Assembly: GCA_007127335.1 (NCBI GenBank)
Contig: SKZO01000038.1
Span: 1 to 56,344, forward strand
DNA: 56,344 bases
Reading direction: 5' to 3'
From: Spirochaetales bacterium
Lineage (GTDB): Bacteria; Spirochaetota; Spirochaetia; DSM-27196; SLST01
In this document: positions 1-9,802 of the stretch, one piece after another
How positions within the stretch are numbered: the first letter of the stretch is position 1
How the letters are laid out: each line of letters begins with the position of its first letter
The notes under the pieces: generated by a model
The model's database searches: none
Seen by the model: the letters and a program-made list of their open reading frames with translations, nothing else
What the model was told of the DNA's origin: nothing
Position numbers and translations under genes: made by a program

Positions 1-1073
1 GCCGCCTCCCGAAGGTCCGATATCCGGGCATTGGTGCACGATCCGATGAAGGCGACGTTGATCTTCGTTCCGGCGATCGGCGCTCCGTCCTCGAACCCCA
101 TGTGCCGGTATGCGGCCTCGGCGACCTCGCGATCTCCTGCCGGAAGCGAAGCGATCCTCGGCATCTGCTGCGAAACCGGCACTGCCTGCCCCGGGTTGAT
201 GCCCCATGTCACCATCGGTTCGAGGCTCGACGCGTCGAGCTCGTAGACGTCGTCGTACTCGGCGTCGGGTCCGCTCGCGATCCCGCGCCACCAGTCGACG
301 GCGCGATCGAAGGCCTTGCCCGACGGGGCGTAGCGGCGACCACGAAGGTAGTCGAAAGTGGTGTCATCCGGATTGACGTAGCCGACGCGGGCGCCGCCTT
401 CGATACTCATGTTGCAGACGGTCATCCGTCCTTCCATCGACAACGCATCGATCGCCGTACCGCCGTACTCATACGCGTAGCCGATGCCGCCCTTGACGCC
501 AAGGTCGGCGATGACGCGAAGGATGATGTCCTTTGCCGACACGCCCGGCGCGAGCGAGCCGTTCACCTGGATCCGCCTCACTTTCGGACGAGCCATCGCG
601 AGGCATTGCGTCGCGAGCACGTCACGGATCTGACTCGTCCCGATACCGAACGCGATCGCGCCGAAGGCACCGTGCGTAGACGTATGCGAGTCGCCACAGG
701 CGATCGTCATCCCGGGCTGCGTGGCTCCAAGCTCCGGGCCGACGACGTGCACGATCCCCTGGTGCTCCGTGCTCAGGTCGTAGAACTCGATCCCGTGCTT
801 TCCCGTGTTCCGCTCGAGAGCCTGCATCATCTGCTCCGCGAGCGGGTCTGCGAAGGGGCGCTCCTGGTTCGCCGTGGGTACGATGTGGTCGACCGTGGCG
901 ATCGTGCGCCGCGGATAGAGCACGTCGAGTCCGCGCTCCTCTATCATCTGGAATGCCTGAGGCGATGTGACCTCGTGGATCAGGTGCAGTCCAATGAACA
1001 GCTGGTCCTGACCCGTGGGCAGGGTGGTGACCGTGTGCAGGTCCCACACCCTGTTGAAGAGGTTTTGTGACAT
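1..1073 (-). CDS. leuC: 3-isopropylmalate dehydratase large subunit (3' end truncated by the window edge)
   Basis: Not in the ORF track because no stop lies in the window. Manual minus-strand translation from ATG at 1073 gives [41 protein letters not shown]; near the left edge it reads [20 protein letters not shown] (Fe-S Cys motif). A GAGAGGAG RBS lies upstream. Confidence 0.95.
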   Translation of the reverse strand, partial: MSQNLFNRVWDLHTVTTLPTGQDQLFIGLHLIHEVTSPQAFQMIEERGLDVLYPRRTIATVDHIVPTANQERPFADPLAEQMMQALERNTGKHGIEFYDLSTEHQGIVHVVGPELGATQPGMTIACGDSHTSTHGAFGAIAFGIGTSQIRDVLATQCLAMARPKVRRIQVNGSLAPGVSAKDIILRVIADLGVKGGIGYAYEYGGTAIDALSMEGRMTVCNMSIEGGARVGYVNPDDTTFDYLRGRRYAPSGKAFDRAVDWWRGIASGPDAEYDDVYELDASSLEPMVTWGINPGQAVPVSQQMPRIASLPAGDREVAEAAYRHMGFEDGAPIAGTKINVAFIGSCTNARISDLREA

Positions 1074-1093
1074 GCGATCTCCTCTCGTTCTGT

Positions 1094-1648
1094 CTACGGC
1101 GTCAACGTCTCACCGCGGGCGATGAGCACCTTCCCGGTGCGGATCATCTCGAGCAGCCCGTAGCGTTCAAAGACGCGACTGACCGCGTCGAGTTTATCCG
1201 TATTTCCGGTCGCCTGCAAAGTCACGCTGCGTTCGCCGAGGTCCACCGTTTCACAGTCGAGCGCTTTCGACAGCTGGAGCACTTCCCCTCGCAGCTCGGG
1301 TTCGCAGTGCACCTTGATGAGCGCGAGCTCCCGATGGATGACGTCGTCGGTCGTCCGGTCGGTGGCGTGCACGACATCGACGAGCTTGTTCAGCTGTTTG
1401 AGGATCTGATCGAGTGTCTTGCGGTCACCGGAGGCGACGATATTCATCGTGGAGAAGTCGGGGTCGGGCGCCGGGGATACCACGAGGCTGTCGATGTTGT
1501 AGCCCCGCCGAGCGAAGACCAGGGCGATACGGATCAGGACGCCGGGCTTGTTCGCCACATAGAGGCTGATCGTGTGCTTCTCGAATGCCTCCTGCGGTTC
1601 TTCGTTCAGTTTCGTCTTGTTCGGTCGTGTCTGCATTTCGGTTGACAT
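1094..1648 (-). CDS. ilvN: Acetolactate synthase small (regulatory, ACT-domain) subunit
   Basis: C-terminal part of ORF 1094..2191: [31 protein letters not shown]...[12 protein letters not shown]...EMIRTG. The ATG at 1648 overlaps the ilvB stop (TGATG). Confidence 0.93.
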   Translation of the reverse strand: MSTEMQTRPNKTKLNEEPQEAFEKHTISLYVANKPGVLIRIALVFARRGYNIDSLVVSPAPDPDFSTMNIVASGDRKTLDQILKQLNKLVDVVHATDRTTDDVIHRELALIKVHCEPELRGEVLQLSKALDCETVDLGERSVTLQATGNTDKLDAVSRVFERYGLLEMIRTGKVLIARGETLTP

Positions 1649-3363
1649 CAGGTGCTCCCTTGCGGCTTCGCCATCTTGACCTTGGGTGGCTCGAGGATCA
1701 TGTCCGACAGGCTTGCGCCGGCCGGTATCATCGGGAAGACGTTGTCCTCCTTCTCCACCTCGACCTCGATCAGGCACGGTCCTTCGTTGTAGTCGAGTGC
1801 GTTCGAGATGATTCTCCGCACGTCGGCGCTGCGCCGGATGCGGAACCCCTTGATCCCGTAACTCTGGGCGAGTTTCACGAAGTCGGGGTTGCCCTCCATG
1901 TCCACGCCGCTGAGACGGTTGTCGTAGAAGAGATTCTGCCACTGCCGCACCATTCCGAGATACCGGTTGTTGATGATCATGATCTTGATCGGGAGCCTGT
2001 GGATCGCCGCGGTGGACAGCTCGCTCAGCGTCATCTGGAAGCCTCCGTCGCCCACGATCGCGACCACCGTGCGGTCGGGACGACCGAACTGGGCGCCTAT
2101 CGCCGCAGGAAAGCCAAACCCCATCGTGCCGGCACCCCCGGAGCTGATCCACTGGAACCGCTCGCTCGACAGGTAATACTGGGCTGCCCACATCTGGTGC
2201 TGTCCCACGTCGGTGGTCACCACCGCGCGACCTTCGGTCTGGCGGTAGATCTCGTCGATCGCGTGCTCAGCCCGCAGCTTCCCCGACTTCCTGAACTTGA
2301 GAGGGTAATCGCGCTTCCACCGTTGAACCTGCTTCAGCCACTCCCCGGTGTCACCGGGCTCGGCGATCTCGGCGAGCGCCTCAACGACCAGTCGTGCGTC
2401 TCCGTGGATCGCACAGTCCATTCGAAGCGTTTTCTCGAACTCCGCCGGATCGACGTCTATGTGAATCTTGACGGCGTCCGGGCAGAAGCTCGGGTAGTTC
2501 CCCACGATCCGATCGTCCCAGCGGCTGCCAATGGACAGAACCAGATCGCAGTCGACGATCGCCTTGTTCGCATAGGCGGTCCCGTGCATGCCGAGCATAC
2601 CGAGGCTCAACTCATGGGTCTCGGGGAAGCACCCTTTCCCGAGCAGCGTGTTCGTTACCGGGATCCTCAAGTGCTCGGCAAGCCGCGCAACCGCAGCCTC
2701 CGCCCCGGCGATCACCGCGCCGTGGCCGACAAGCAGGATCGGCTTGCGCGCGCGGCGCAGCAAGCGAGCTGCTTCGTGGATATCCTCCATCTCGCCCTGG
2801 CCCGGGACGGAGTATCCCGGAAGGTGGAACTCTTCGTCGTAGTCCGGTTCAATCAGCGCGCTCGAGACATCTTTTGGGACGTCGACGAGCACGGGGCCGG
2901 GACGCCCTGTCCTGGAGAGGTAGAACGCCTCACGCATGACGCGTGGTATGTCCTGAGGGTCGCGGACGAGGTAGCTGTGTTTCACGACCGGGTACGAGAT
3001 GCCGGAGACGTCGGCCTCCTGGAAGGCGTCGAGTCCCAGGTTGTTCCGCGTCTGCTGGCCACAGACGATCACCATGGGCACCGAGTCCATCTGCGCCGTC
3101 AGTATGCCCGTGATCGTATTGGTGGCTCCCGGACCGGAGGTGACGAGCACGACGGCCGGCTTGCCCGTTGCGCGTGCGTATCCGTCCGCCATATGCGTGG
3201 CTCCCTGTTCGTGGCGGGTCAGGACGAGCTTGACCGGCGAGTCGACCAGCGCGTCGAAGATGGGAATCGCCGCCCCGCCCGGCAGCCCGAAGATATACTC
3301 GACGCCCTCGCGCTCGATCACGTCGACGATAACCTGCGCAGCGGTTCGCTTCGTTTCGGTCAT
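1648..3363 (-). CDS. ilvB: Acetolactate synthase large catalytic subunit (ThDP-dependent)
   Basis: Motifs [38 protein letters not shown] and GDGGFQM...NN. GGAGG RBS precedes ATGATG at 3361-3366, so the start is 3363 or 3366. Confidence 0.96.
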   Translation of the reverse strand: MTETKRTAAQVIVDVIEREGVEYIFGLPGGAAIPIFDALVDSPVKLVLTRHEQGATHMADGYARATGKPAVVLVTSGPGATNTITGILTAQMDSVPMVIVCGQQTRNNLGLDAFQEADVSGISYPVVKHSYLVRDPQDIPRVMREAFYLSRTGRPGPVLVDVPKDVSSALIEPDYDEEFHLPGYSVPGQGEMEDIHEAARLLRRARKPILLVGHGAVIAGAEAAVARLAEHLRIPVTNTLLGKGCFPETHELSLGMLGMHGTAYANKAIVDCDLVLSIGSRWDDRIVGNYPSFCPDAVKIHIDVDPAEFEKTLRMDCAIHGDARLVVEALAEIAEPGDTGEWLKQVQRWKRDYPLKFRKSGKLRAEHAIDEIYRQTEGRAVVTTDVGQHQMWAAQYYLSSERFQWISSGGAGTMGFGFPAAIGAQFGRPDRTVVAIVGDGGFQMTLSELSTAAIHRLPIKIMIINNRYLGMVRQWQNLFYDNRLSGVDMEGNPDFVKLAQSYGIKGFRIRRSADVRRIISNALDYNEGPCLIEVEVEKEDNVFPMIPAGASLSDMILEPPKVKMAKPQGST

Positions 3364-3426
3364 CATGCCTCCACATAAACGTTCAATCATAGGCAAAATC
3401 CCTGTGACCTCGCCAAAGTAAGCGAG

Positions 3427-3455
3427 AATGTAGGTGGTATGGGCCCCATTGTCAA
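3427..3455 (-). promoter_or_regulatory. sigma70-type promoter for ilvB-ilvN-leuC
   Basis: Minus strand TTGACA-17 bp-TACATT. Confidence 0.7.
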
Positions 3456-3606
3456 GCAACAAAACAGAATTTGTCCGTTCTTTTGGTATAATTTCTGACG
3501 AGTTTGCGTGTGCAGGCCAGAAATGGCCGATGAAAACGTAAATTCTGTGAGAGGCCGGTCTGGACGGCTTCGGGGCACGGTTGGGCCGCCCCTCCCTCGA
3601 TTCGCC

Positions 3607-3635
3607 TTGCCCGTGTCGTCCGCGGGCGCTATTCT
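3607..3635 (+). promoter_or_regulatory. sigma70-type promoter for the crtB operon
   Basis: TTGCCC-17 bp-TATTCT, then AAGGAG RBS and ATG 3654. Confidence 0.6.
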
Positions 3636-3653
3636 TCGCGGAAGGAGTCCATC

Positions 3654-4514
3654 ATGCGTTCCACGCAGCTGCACCGTGACGTCTTTCGCGCCGGAAGCAG
3701 GACGTACTTCAACAGCAGCCTCTTCTTTCCGGCCGAGGTTCGTGACGACGTCTACCTGCTCTACGGGTTCGTGCGTGTCGCCGACAATTTCGTTGACTCG
3801 GTTCCGCAGCAGGCGCAGGAGTTCAGACAGTTCGCGGCGGCCTATCGCGAGGCCCTTGCGGGGAACCCGGCCGGCGATGTGATCATCGATTCCTTCGTCG
3901 AGCTCGCCGAACGGGCAGGGTTCGACCCTTCGTGGACCGACGCGTTTCTCCATTCAATGGAGCTCGACCTGACGAAACGGGTCCATGCGACGCTGCCGGA
4001 GACCCTCGAGTATGTATACGGGTCTGCCGAGGTGATCGGGCTGTACATGTCCCGGATACTCGGGCTCAGCCGCGAGGCCGATGAAGCAGCACGCATGCTC
4101 GGACGTTCGATGCAGTTCATCAACTTCATCCGGGATATCGACGAGGACAATGCGCTCGGGCGCATCTATCTCCCGATCTCGGAGACCACGCTCGCTGATC
4201 TGACCGAGCCGGAGGCTCGTACCCATCCGCAGGAGTTCTGCGGCTTCGTACAGGCTCAGCTCGCACGGTATCGCGAGTGGCAGGCCGAAGCAGAACGTGG
4301 GTACCGCTACATACCACGGAGCTATCTCGTCCCGATCCGGACCGCTTCAGACATGTACAACTGGAGCGCCGCGCAGATCGCCGACGACCCGTTCGTCGTG
4401 TACCGGAAGAAAGTCAAACCGGCCCGCGCACGGATCATGGCCCAGGTGGCGATCAATTTCCTTGCCCCCCGTCGAGCTGCCGGCGCGGGCAGCTCGCTGG
4501 AGGCCGGCCGATGA
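3654..4514 (+). CDS. crtB: Phytoene synthase (squalene/phytoene synthase family)
   Basis: GSRTYFNSSLFF, LYGFVRVADNFVD, YVYGSAEVIG, QFINFIRDIDED..LGRIYLP. Confidence 0.88.
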   Translation: MRSTQLHRDVFRAGSRTYFNSSLFFPAEVRDDVYLLYGFVRVADNFVDSVPQQAQEFRQFAAAYREALAGNPAGDVIIDSFVELAERAGFDPSWTDAFLHSMELDLTKRVHATLPETLEYVYGSAEVIGLYMSRILGLSREADEAARMLGRSMQFINFIRDIDEDNALGRIYLPISETTLADLTEPEARTHPQEFCGFVQAQLARYREWQAEAERGYRYIPRSYLVPIRTASDMYNWSAAQIADDPFVVYRKKVKPARARIMAQVAINFLAPRRAAGAGSSLEAGR

Positions 4515-5569
4515 TCGCCGAACTCGCGGTCCACCGGCAGCCGATCGTGGATGCGCTCCGTGACATTGACGCAGGACTGGGCGACGAGCTCGCTGACGTG
4601 AACCGGTGGGGTCACGATTTGCGCGTCCGTATGCTCGAGTTTGCTCAGCGGGGAAAGCTCATCCGTGGCTCGTTGGTCGCCGCCTCCGCGGCGGCATTCG
4701 GGCGTCCTGTCGACGGCGCGGTCTACACGGTGGCAGCGGCCGTCGAGCTCGTGCAGTCGTTTCTGCTTATTCACGACGACATCATGGACGAGGATCCGCT
4801 GCGGCGCGGCTCGCCGGCGGTCTTCGAGCAGTATCGTCGGTACGGGTCCGACCATGGTTTCCGTCACCGTCGGCGATTCGGGGAGAGCATGGCGATCTGC
4901 GCCGGAGACGTCGCGATTCTCGTGGTGTTTGCGGCAATCAGCTCGATCGAGATCGAGGAGTCGACGAGAGTCAGACTGATGTCTCTGCTCGCGCGGGAGA
5001 TCGCCAAGGTCGGTGTTGCCCAGATGGCGGACGTGGCCAACGGTCATGACCCGGCGCCCGCAACCGAGGACGAGATCGTCTCCGTCTATCAGTTCAAGAC
5101 CGGCCGCTACACCTTCTCGCTCCCGCTGATGCTTGGAGCCATTCTCGCCGGGACCGACGCGATGGTCGTCGATGCGCTCTGCAGGTGGGGGGATCTTCAG
5201 GGCGTCGTCTTCCAGATACGCGACGATCAGCTCGGCATCATGGGAGATGCGGACCAGACCGGCAAACCTGTCGGGTCCGACATCATGGCGAACAAGCAGA
5301 CGCTGCATCGGCTCACACTGTTCGAGGCGATTGCTGGGACCGAATGGGAGGATGTTCGGGCCTGCTTCGGACGTGATCAGTTGTCGCCCGACGAGATCGG
5401 CCGGGTTCGCCGTGCGCTCGAGCAGACCGGGACGATCGCGCTCCTCGATCGTCGGATCGCGCAGCTGCGTTCGGACTCGGCGCGCGAGATTGCGGGAATC
5501 GGGCTCGGTGACGCACCGCGCCGGCTCCTCGATGCGATCGACGCGTACAACGCGGCTCGCGACGTCTGA
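4511..5569 (+). CDS. Polyprenyl synthetase, probable GGPP synthase (CrtE/IdsA-like)
   Basis: GKLIRG, first Asp-rich motif SFLLIHDDIMD...RRG, KTGRYT, FQIRDDQLG...GKPVGSD. ATG 4511 overlaps the crtB stop (ATGA). Confidence 0.88.
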   Translation: MIAELAVHRQPIVDALRDIDAGLGDELADVNRWGHDLRVRMLEFAQRGKLIRGSLVAASAAAFGRPVDGAVYTVAAAVELVQSFLLIHDDIMDEDPLRRGSPAVFEQYRRYGSDHGFRHRRRFGESMAICAGDVAILVVFAAISSIEIEESTRVRLMSLLAREIAKVGVAQMADVANGHDPAPATEDEIVSVYQFKTGRYTFSLPLMLGAILAGTDAMVVDALCRWGDLQGVVFQIRDDQLGIMGDADQTGKPVGSDIMANKQTLHRLTLFEAIAGTEWEDVRACFGRDQLSPDEIGRVRRALEQTGTIALLDRRIAQLRSDSAREIAGIGLGDAPRRLLDAIDAYNAARDV

Positions 5570-5581
5570 ACCCGGCGCCGG

Positions 5582-6196
5582 TCAGAGGCCGGCCACCTGC
5601 TCGAGAAAGTAGCGGTGGATGCGATGGTCGTCGGCGAGCTCCGGGTGAAACGTCGCCGCGAGCAGGTTCCTCTCGCGAACGAGCACCGGTTGACCCTCGA
5701 ACGCGAGCACCGTCTGCACGCCGTGACCCACCCGCACGATCTGCGGTGCCCGGATGAACACTCCGTGGAAGGCTTCGCCGGTCCACTCCGGGCCGGACGG
5801 GTCGTCGGCCCGACGTACGCCGGGAAGCTCCGCTCGCACATCGGCTTCGAAGCTCTCGATCTGGCGGCCGTACGCGTTGCGGCGGACGGTCATATCGAGC
5901 GCTCCAATCCGCGGCTGGTCACTGTCTTCGATGTCGGATGCGAGAAGGATCGCGCCGGCGCAGGTCCCGAACACGGGAAACCCGTCCGCGATCCGCGAGA
6001 CGAGCGCTCTCATCACGCCGAAACGCTCCATGAGCATCCCGATCGTCGTGCTCTCGCCTCCGGGTATGATCAGGGCGTCGATCCGCTCGAGGGCATCCAC
6101 GCTTCGTACCGGAATGGCACGAACCCCCACCTTCTTCAGGCATTCGAGATGGCGTGCGTAGCCTCCCTGGTACGAGAGAACTCCTGCAAGGCTCAC
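5582..6196 (-). CDS. pdxT: Pyridoxal 5'-phosphate synthase glutaminase subunit
   Basis: IPGGESTT, FGTCAG, RRNAYGRQIESF, FIRAP, FHPEL. Confidence 0.96.
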   Translation of the reverse strand: MSLAGVLSYQGGYARHLECLKKVGVRAIPVRSVDALERIDALIIPGGESTTIGMLMERFGVMRALVSRIADGFPVFGTCAGAILLASDIEDSDQPRIGALDMTVRRNAYGRQIESFEADVRAELPGVRRADDPSGPEWTGEAFHGVFIRAPQIVRVGHGVQTVLAFEGQPVLVRERNLLAATFHPELADDHRIHRYFLEQVAGL

Positions 6197-6208
6197 CGTA
6201 CCGGCCGC

Positions 6209-7114
6209 TTACCAGCCGCGGCCCGCGATTCTCTGCCCGTCGTCCATTGTAGCGGTGCTCGTTCCGGACATTGGCTCTCCAAGGCCCCGGGAGATCTCGG
6301 CGAGTCGTTCGGGGTTGTCATAGTTGGCGACCGCATCGACGATGGCACGGGCGCGTCGCTGCGGATCCGACGACTTGAAGACGCCGGACCCGACGAAGAC
6401 CGCCTCGGCCCCGAGCTGCATCATGAGCGCGGCGTCGGCCGGCGTCGCCACGCCGCCGGCGGAGAAGTTCGGCACGGGCAGACGCCCGGTGCGTGCGACT
6501 TCCACGACCAGATCGTAGGGGGCGCCAAGTTCCTTTGCCGCAGTCATCAGTTCCTCGGCCGGAAGCGCAGCGAGCCTGCGGATCTCATCGGTCACGGTGC
6601 GCAGGTGGCGTACCGCCTCGACGATGTCTCCCGTGCCGGCCTCGCCCTTGGTGCGGATCATCGCCGCGCCCTCGCCGATACGGCGCAATGCTTCCCCGAG
6701 GTCACGGCAGCCGCAGACGAACGGCGCCTTGAAGTCGTGCTTGTTGACGTGGAAACGCTCGTCGGCCGGGGTGAGCACTTCACTCTCGTCGATGAAGTCC
6801 ACTCCGAGTGCCTCGAGGATCTGTGCCTCCACGAAATGGCCGATCCGGCACTTGGCCATTACCGGGATGGTTACGACGTCCTGGATGCCGCGAATCATGA
6901 GCGGATCCGACATGCGCGCAACACCACCCTGCTCTCGAATATCAGCCGGTACGCGTTCGAGTGCCATGACCGCCTGCGCGCCGGCGTCGGCAGCGATCTT
7001 GGCCTGTTCCGGACTCGTGACGTCCATGATCACGCCGCCTTTGAGCATTTCGGCGAGTCCGACCTTCGTGCGCCAGGTTGATTTCTGACGTTCACTCCAC
7101 AATGAATCGCTCAT
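6209..7114 (-). CDS. pdxS: Pyridoxal 5'-phosphate synthase lyase subunit
   Basis: [66 protein letters not shown] before ATG 7114. Confidence 0.97.
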   Translation of the reverse strand: MSDSLWSERQKSTWRTKVGLAEMLKGGVIMDVTSPEQAKIAADAGAQAVMALERVPADIREQGGVARMSDPLMIRGIQDVVTIPVMAKCRIGHFVEAQILEALGVDFIDESEVLTPADERFHVNKHDFKAPFVCGCRDLGEALRRIGEGAAMIRTKGEAGTGDIVEAVRHLRTVTDEIRRLAALPAEELMTAAKELGAPYDLVVEVARTGRLPVPNFSAGGVATPADAALMMQLGAEAVFVGSGVFKSSDPQRRARAIVDAVANYDNPERLAEISRGLGEPMSGTSTATMDDGQRIAGRGW

Positions 7115-7135
7115 GGTGACCTCTTTATCGTGGTG

Positions 7136-7241
7136 AAGGTAGTCCACCGACGAGAACGAAGTCAACAGCGACCGTACGTGAGCGACCGTTTCCCGGACGT
7201 CCCGGGGACAAATTGAACGAGCATCGCGGTTCTGCTACACT
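7136..7241. promoter_or_regulatory. Divergent sigma70 promoters for pdxS (-) and yggS (+)
   Basis: Minus strand TTGACT-18-TACCTT (7165-7136). Plus strand TTGAAC-17-TACACT with extended TG (7213-7241), 7 nt before GTG 7249. Confidence 0.6.
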
Positions 7242-7248
7242 TGGCCTC

Positions 7249-7932
7249 GTGATCGAGGACCGGCTTCGCGCGATCAGAGAACGTATCTCGGCGGCTGCAT
7301 CCCGTGCGGGACGTGACCCGCAGTCGGTGCGCATGCTCGCCGTGACGAAGACCCACCCGCGTTCAGTCGTCGATGAAGCCCGACGCGCCGGCATCAACCT
7401 CTTTGGGGAGAACCGTGTGCAGGAGGCTGCGTCCAAGTACGGTGATATAGCCGAATCGGTCGAGCTGCATCTCGTTGGTCACCTCCAGCGGAACAAAGCG
7501 AAGATGGTGCCCGGGCTCTTTTCCTGGGTCGAGAGCATCGACGCGCTCGCGACGGCCCAGGCGCTCTCAAAACGGTGCGAGGCCGCCGGGTGGCGATGCT
7601 CGGTGCTGGTCCAGTACAACAGCTCCGGTGAGACAAGCAAGTCCGGATATGAGGACGAATCCCTGCTGCTCGACGAGGCCGAGCAGATGGCCGGGCTTGC
7701 CGGGCTGGATGTGCGCGGGCTCATGACGATCGGGCCCTTCGTCAGCGATCAGGCGAAGATCGCGTCGGCCTTTGCCCGAACACGATTGCTCTACGAACGG
7801 TTGCGGGGGAGGCTCGGGGAGGCCGGGGTAGATACGCTGTCCATGGGTATGACCGACGACTTCGAGATCGCGATCGCCGAGGGCTCCACCGAGGTCCGGA
7901 TCGGGAGCGCTTTGTTCGGGGCCCGCTCGTGA
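7249..7932 (+). CDS. yggS: YggS/PLPBP family pyridoxal phosphate homeostasis protein
   Basis: LAVTKT (PLP lysine), FGENRVQE, HLVGHLQRNK, GLMTIG, LSMGMTDDFEIAIAEGSTEVRIGSALFG. Start placed at GTG 7249. Confidence 0.93.
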   Translation: MIEDRLRAIRERISAAASRAGRDPQSVRMLAVTKTHPRSVVDEARRAGINLFGENRVQEAASKYGDIAESVELHLVGHLQRNKAKMVPGLFSWVESIDALATAQALSKRCEAAGWRCSVLVQYNSSGETSKSGYEDESLLLDEAEQMAGLAGLDVRGLMTIGPFVSDQAKIASAFARTRLLYERLRGRLGEAGVDTLSMGMTDDFEIAIAEGSTEVRIGSALFGARS

Positions 7933-8342
7933 GACTGCCGGTGAGCCGTCTGGTGTCGCTGGGCATGCTCCTGCTCATCGCTGCGACGCTTCCCGGACAG
8001 ACCCCCGATCGTCCGGTGGTCCCGGATGCCGAGCCCTACGAAGAGGACGAGTTCCCGTTGTGGGCGCGCGATCTGAGGCGCGCTGAGATCATTGGCCTCG
8101 GGAGCTTCCCTCTCGCGCTGCTCGCCACGCGCCTGCTGTACGGTCTTGGACGCTTCATCGCGGCGAGCATTACCGTGGGTGAGCTGAGCGCCGAGTATCT
8201 CCCCCCACTCATCGCTCCGCCGGGCGCGGTTCCCTTCAGCCGGAGGGACAATGCACGGGTCCTCGTGGGAGCCGTATCGCTGTCCGGGGTGATTGCCGTC
8301 GTCGACTACGCGCTCGGACGCCGTGAAGCGTCGGATGAGTGA
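7929..8342 (+). CDS. Hypothetical membrane protein with signal peptide (spirochete-type, upstream of rluD)
   Basis: GTGA overlap with yggS; hydrophobic N-terminus, EPYEEDEFPLWARDLRRAEIIGLGSFP, two further hydrophobic segments. Confidence 0.75.
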   Translation: MRLPVSRLVSLGMLLLIAATLPGQTPDRPVVPDAEPYEEDEFPLWARDLRRAEIIGLGSFPLALLATRLLYGLGRFIAASITVGELSAEYLPPLIAPPGAVPFSRRDNARVLVGAVSLSGVIAVVDYALGRREASDE

Positions 8343-9255
8343 GCGGGCGCGTGCAACCGCGACAGTTGATGCGGCAGCGAGCGGCATGCGGGTCGACCGT
8401 TTCCTGTCGGAGAGGCTCGGCCTGTTTCCGAGGAGTCAGATCCGGTCCCGCGACGTCGTCGTCCTGGTAGATTCGACCCGGGTGAGACTCTCCCGAAGAG
8501 TGAGGGAGGGCGAGGTCGTGGAGGTGTCCTGGGCCAACCCGGCCGTCTCGGCGATCGCGGCCGAACCGATTGACCTGGACATACTCTACGAGAACGACGA
8601 CGTCGTGGTCATCGACAAGCCGGCCGGTATGGTTGTCCATCCGGCCGCCGGAAACTGGACCGGAACACTCGCGCAGGGGCTCATGCACCACGTGCAGTCG
8701 CTCAGTGAGCGTTTTGGAGCCGACGCCCGACCAGGAATCGTCCACCGGCTCGACAAGGACACGTCCGGGGTCATCATCGCGGCGAAGCACCCCGCCGCGC
8801 TCGCCGAGCTCGCGGCGCAGTTCAAGCAACGGTCGACCCGCAAGCAGTACCTCGCGGTCGTGAAAGGCGCTCCGCCGGCCGAACGCGGATCGGTCGACCT
8901 GCCCATCGCGCGCGATCCCGGGCACCGCAAACGTTTCGCCGTGGTCGACGGAGGGCGCAGCGCGCACACCGAATACCGGGTTCTGCGCCGGTTCGGCTCG
9001 TACGCTCTGGTTTCGCTCCACCCGCTGACCGGGCGTACCCACCAGCTTCGTGTGCATATGGCGGCTCTCGGCTGCCCCATCGTCGGTGATCCGGTCTACT
9101 CCCGGCCGGACAGTCGGCTGCGTGCGCAACGTCTTGCGCTTCACGCCGTGCGGCTGACGATCCGGCTGCCGGGCGAGACGGAGCCCCGAACTTTCACCGC
9201 GCGGATCCCGGACGATTTCAGGGAAACGCTGCGCCGGGTGTCGGCGCTTCCATAG
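8335..9255 (+). CDS. rluD: RluA/RluD family 23S rRNA pseudouridine synthase
   Basis: N-terminal S4-like domain, DKPAGMVVHP, GIVHRLDKDTSG (catalytic Asp), TGRTHQLRVH, GDPVY. Confidence 0.9.
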   Translation: MSERARATATVDAAASGMRVDRFLSERLGLFPRSQIRSRDVVVLVDSTRVRLSRRVREGEVVEVSWANPAVSAIAAEPIDLDILYENDDVVVIDKPAGMVVHPAAGNWTGTLAQGLMHHVQSLSERFGADARPGIVHRLDKDTSGVIIAAKHPAALAELAAQFKQRSTRKQYLAVVKGAPPAERGSVDLPIARDPGHRKRFAVVDGGRSAHTEYRVLRRFGSYALVSLHPLTGRTHQLRVHMAALGCPIVGDPVYSRPDSRLRAQRLALHAVRLTIRLPGETEPRTFTARIPDDFRETLRRVSALP

Positions 9256-9802
9256 GGAAGGTCTCGCGTTCGAGGGCGACCGTCGACGGAGGGCCGTGGC
9301 ATGGGAGGATCACGGTCTCTTCCGGCAGGGTGAGTATGCGGGTTCTGATGCCCTCGAGCAGCAGCGCCTTTGCGTACGGGTTCGGCACCGACCCGTATTC
9401 GCCGGCGCTCATCGCGGTACCCGTGAACACGAACCCGTCCAGGTGGTAGGCGACGCTGTCGCTGCCCTTGCCCGGCATCGCGATGGCCCTGAACGGTTTT
9501 CCGCAGAGGTCGAGCACCTGACCGTCGGCGACCGGAATCGCCGGCGAGCCGAGCACAGTCGCGTGGGCCGCGTAGACCGTGCAGTCGTATACCCGCCGCA
9601 GCGTGCGCAGACCGTCGAGTCGGGTGTCGTCGCAGTGGGTCAGCACGACGAATCTGACGTAGTACCGCTGTTTCTCAACGAGCTCGAGCAGTGGGACGTC
9701 AAAGGTCGCCGGATCGAAGAGAACGGCATCGCCGCCGCCGGTCGGTCCGATCAGGTACGAGTTCGAGAGGGTATCGAACGAGTAATGGCTGTAGAGGTTC
9801 AT
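9218..9802 (-). CDS. Metallo-beta-lactamase (glyoxalase II-like) fold protein with degenerate metal motifs
   Basis: SNSYLI..DAVLFDP, VVLTHCDDTRLDG, PGKGSDSVAY, FTGT, LPEETVILPCHGPPST..ER. ATG overlaps the upstream stop (TAATG). Confidence 0.8.
   Translation of the reverse strand: MNLYSHYSFDTLSNSYLIGPTGGGDAVLFDPATFDVPLLELVEKQRYYVRFVVLTHCDDTRLDGLRTLRRVYDCTVYAAHATVLGSPAIPVADGQVLDLCGKPFRAIAMPGKGSDSVAYHLDGFVFTGTAMSAGEYGSVPNPYAKALLLEGIRTRILTLPEETVILPCHGPPSTVALERETFPMEAPTPGAAFP

Noticed and set aside
3367-3426. Possible attenuator or leader peptide upstream of ilvB
   Set aside because: The leader is short. The upstream ATG is in frame with ilvB, has no Ile/Leu/Val run, and there is no terminator hairpin or T-box.
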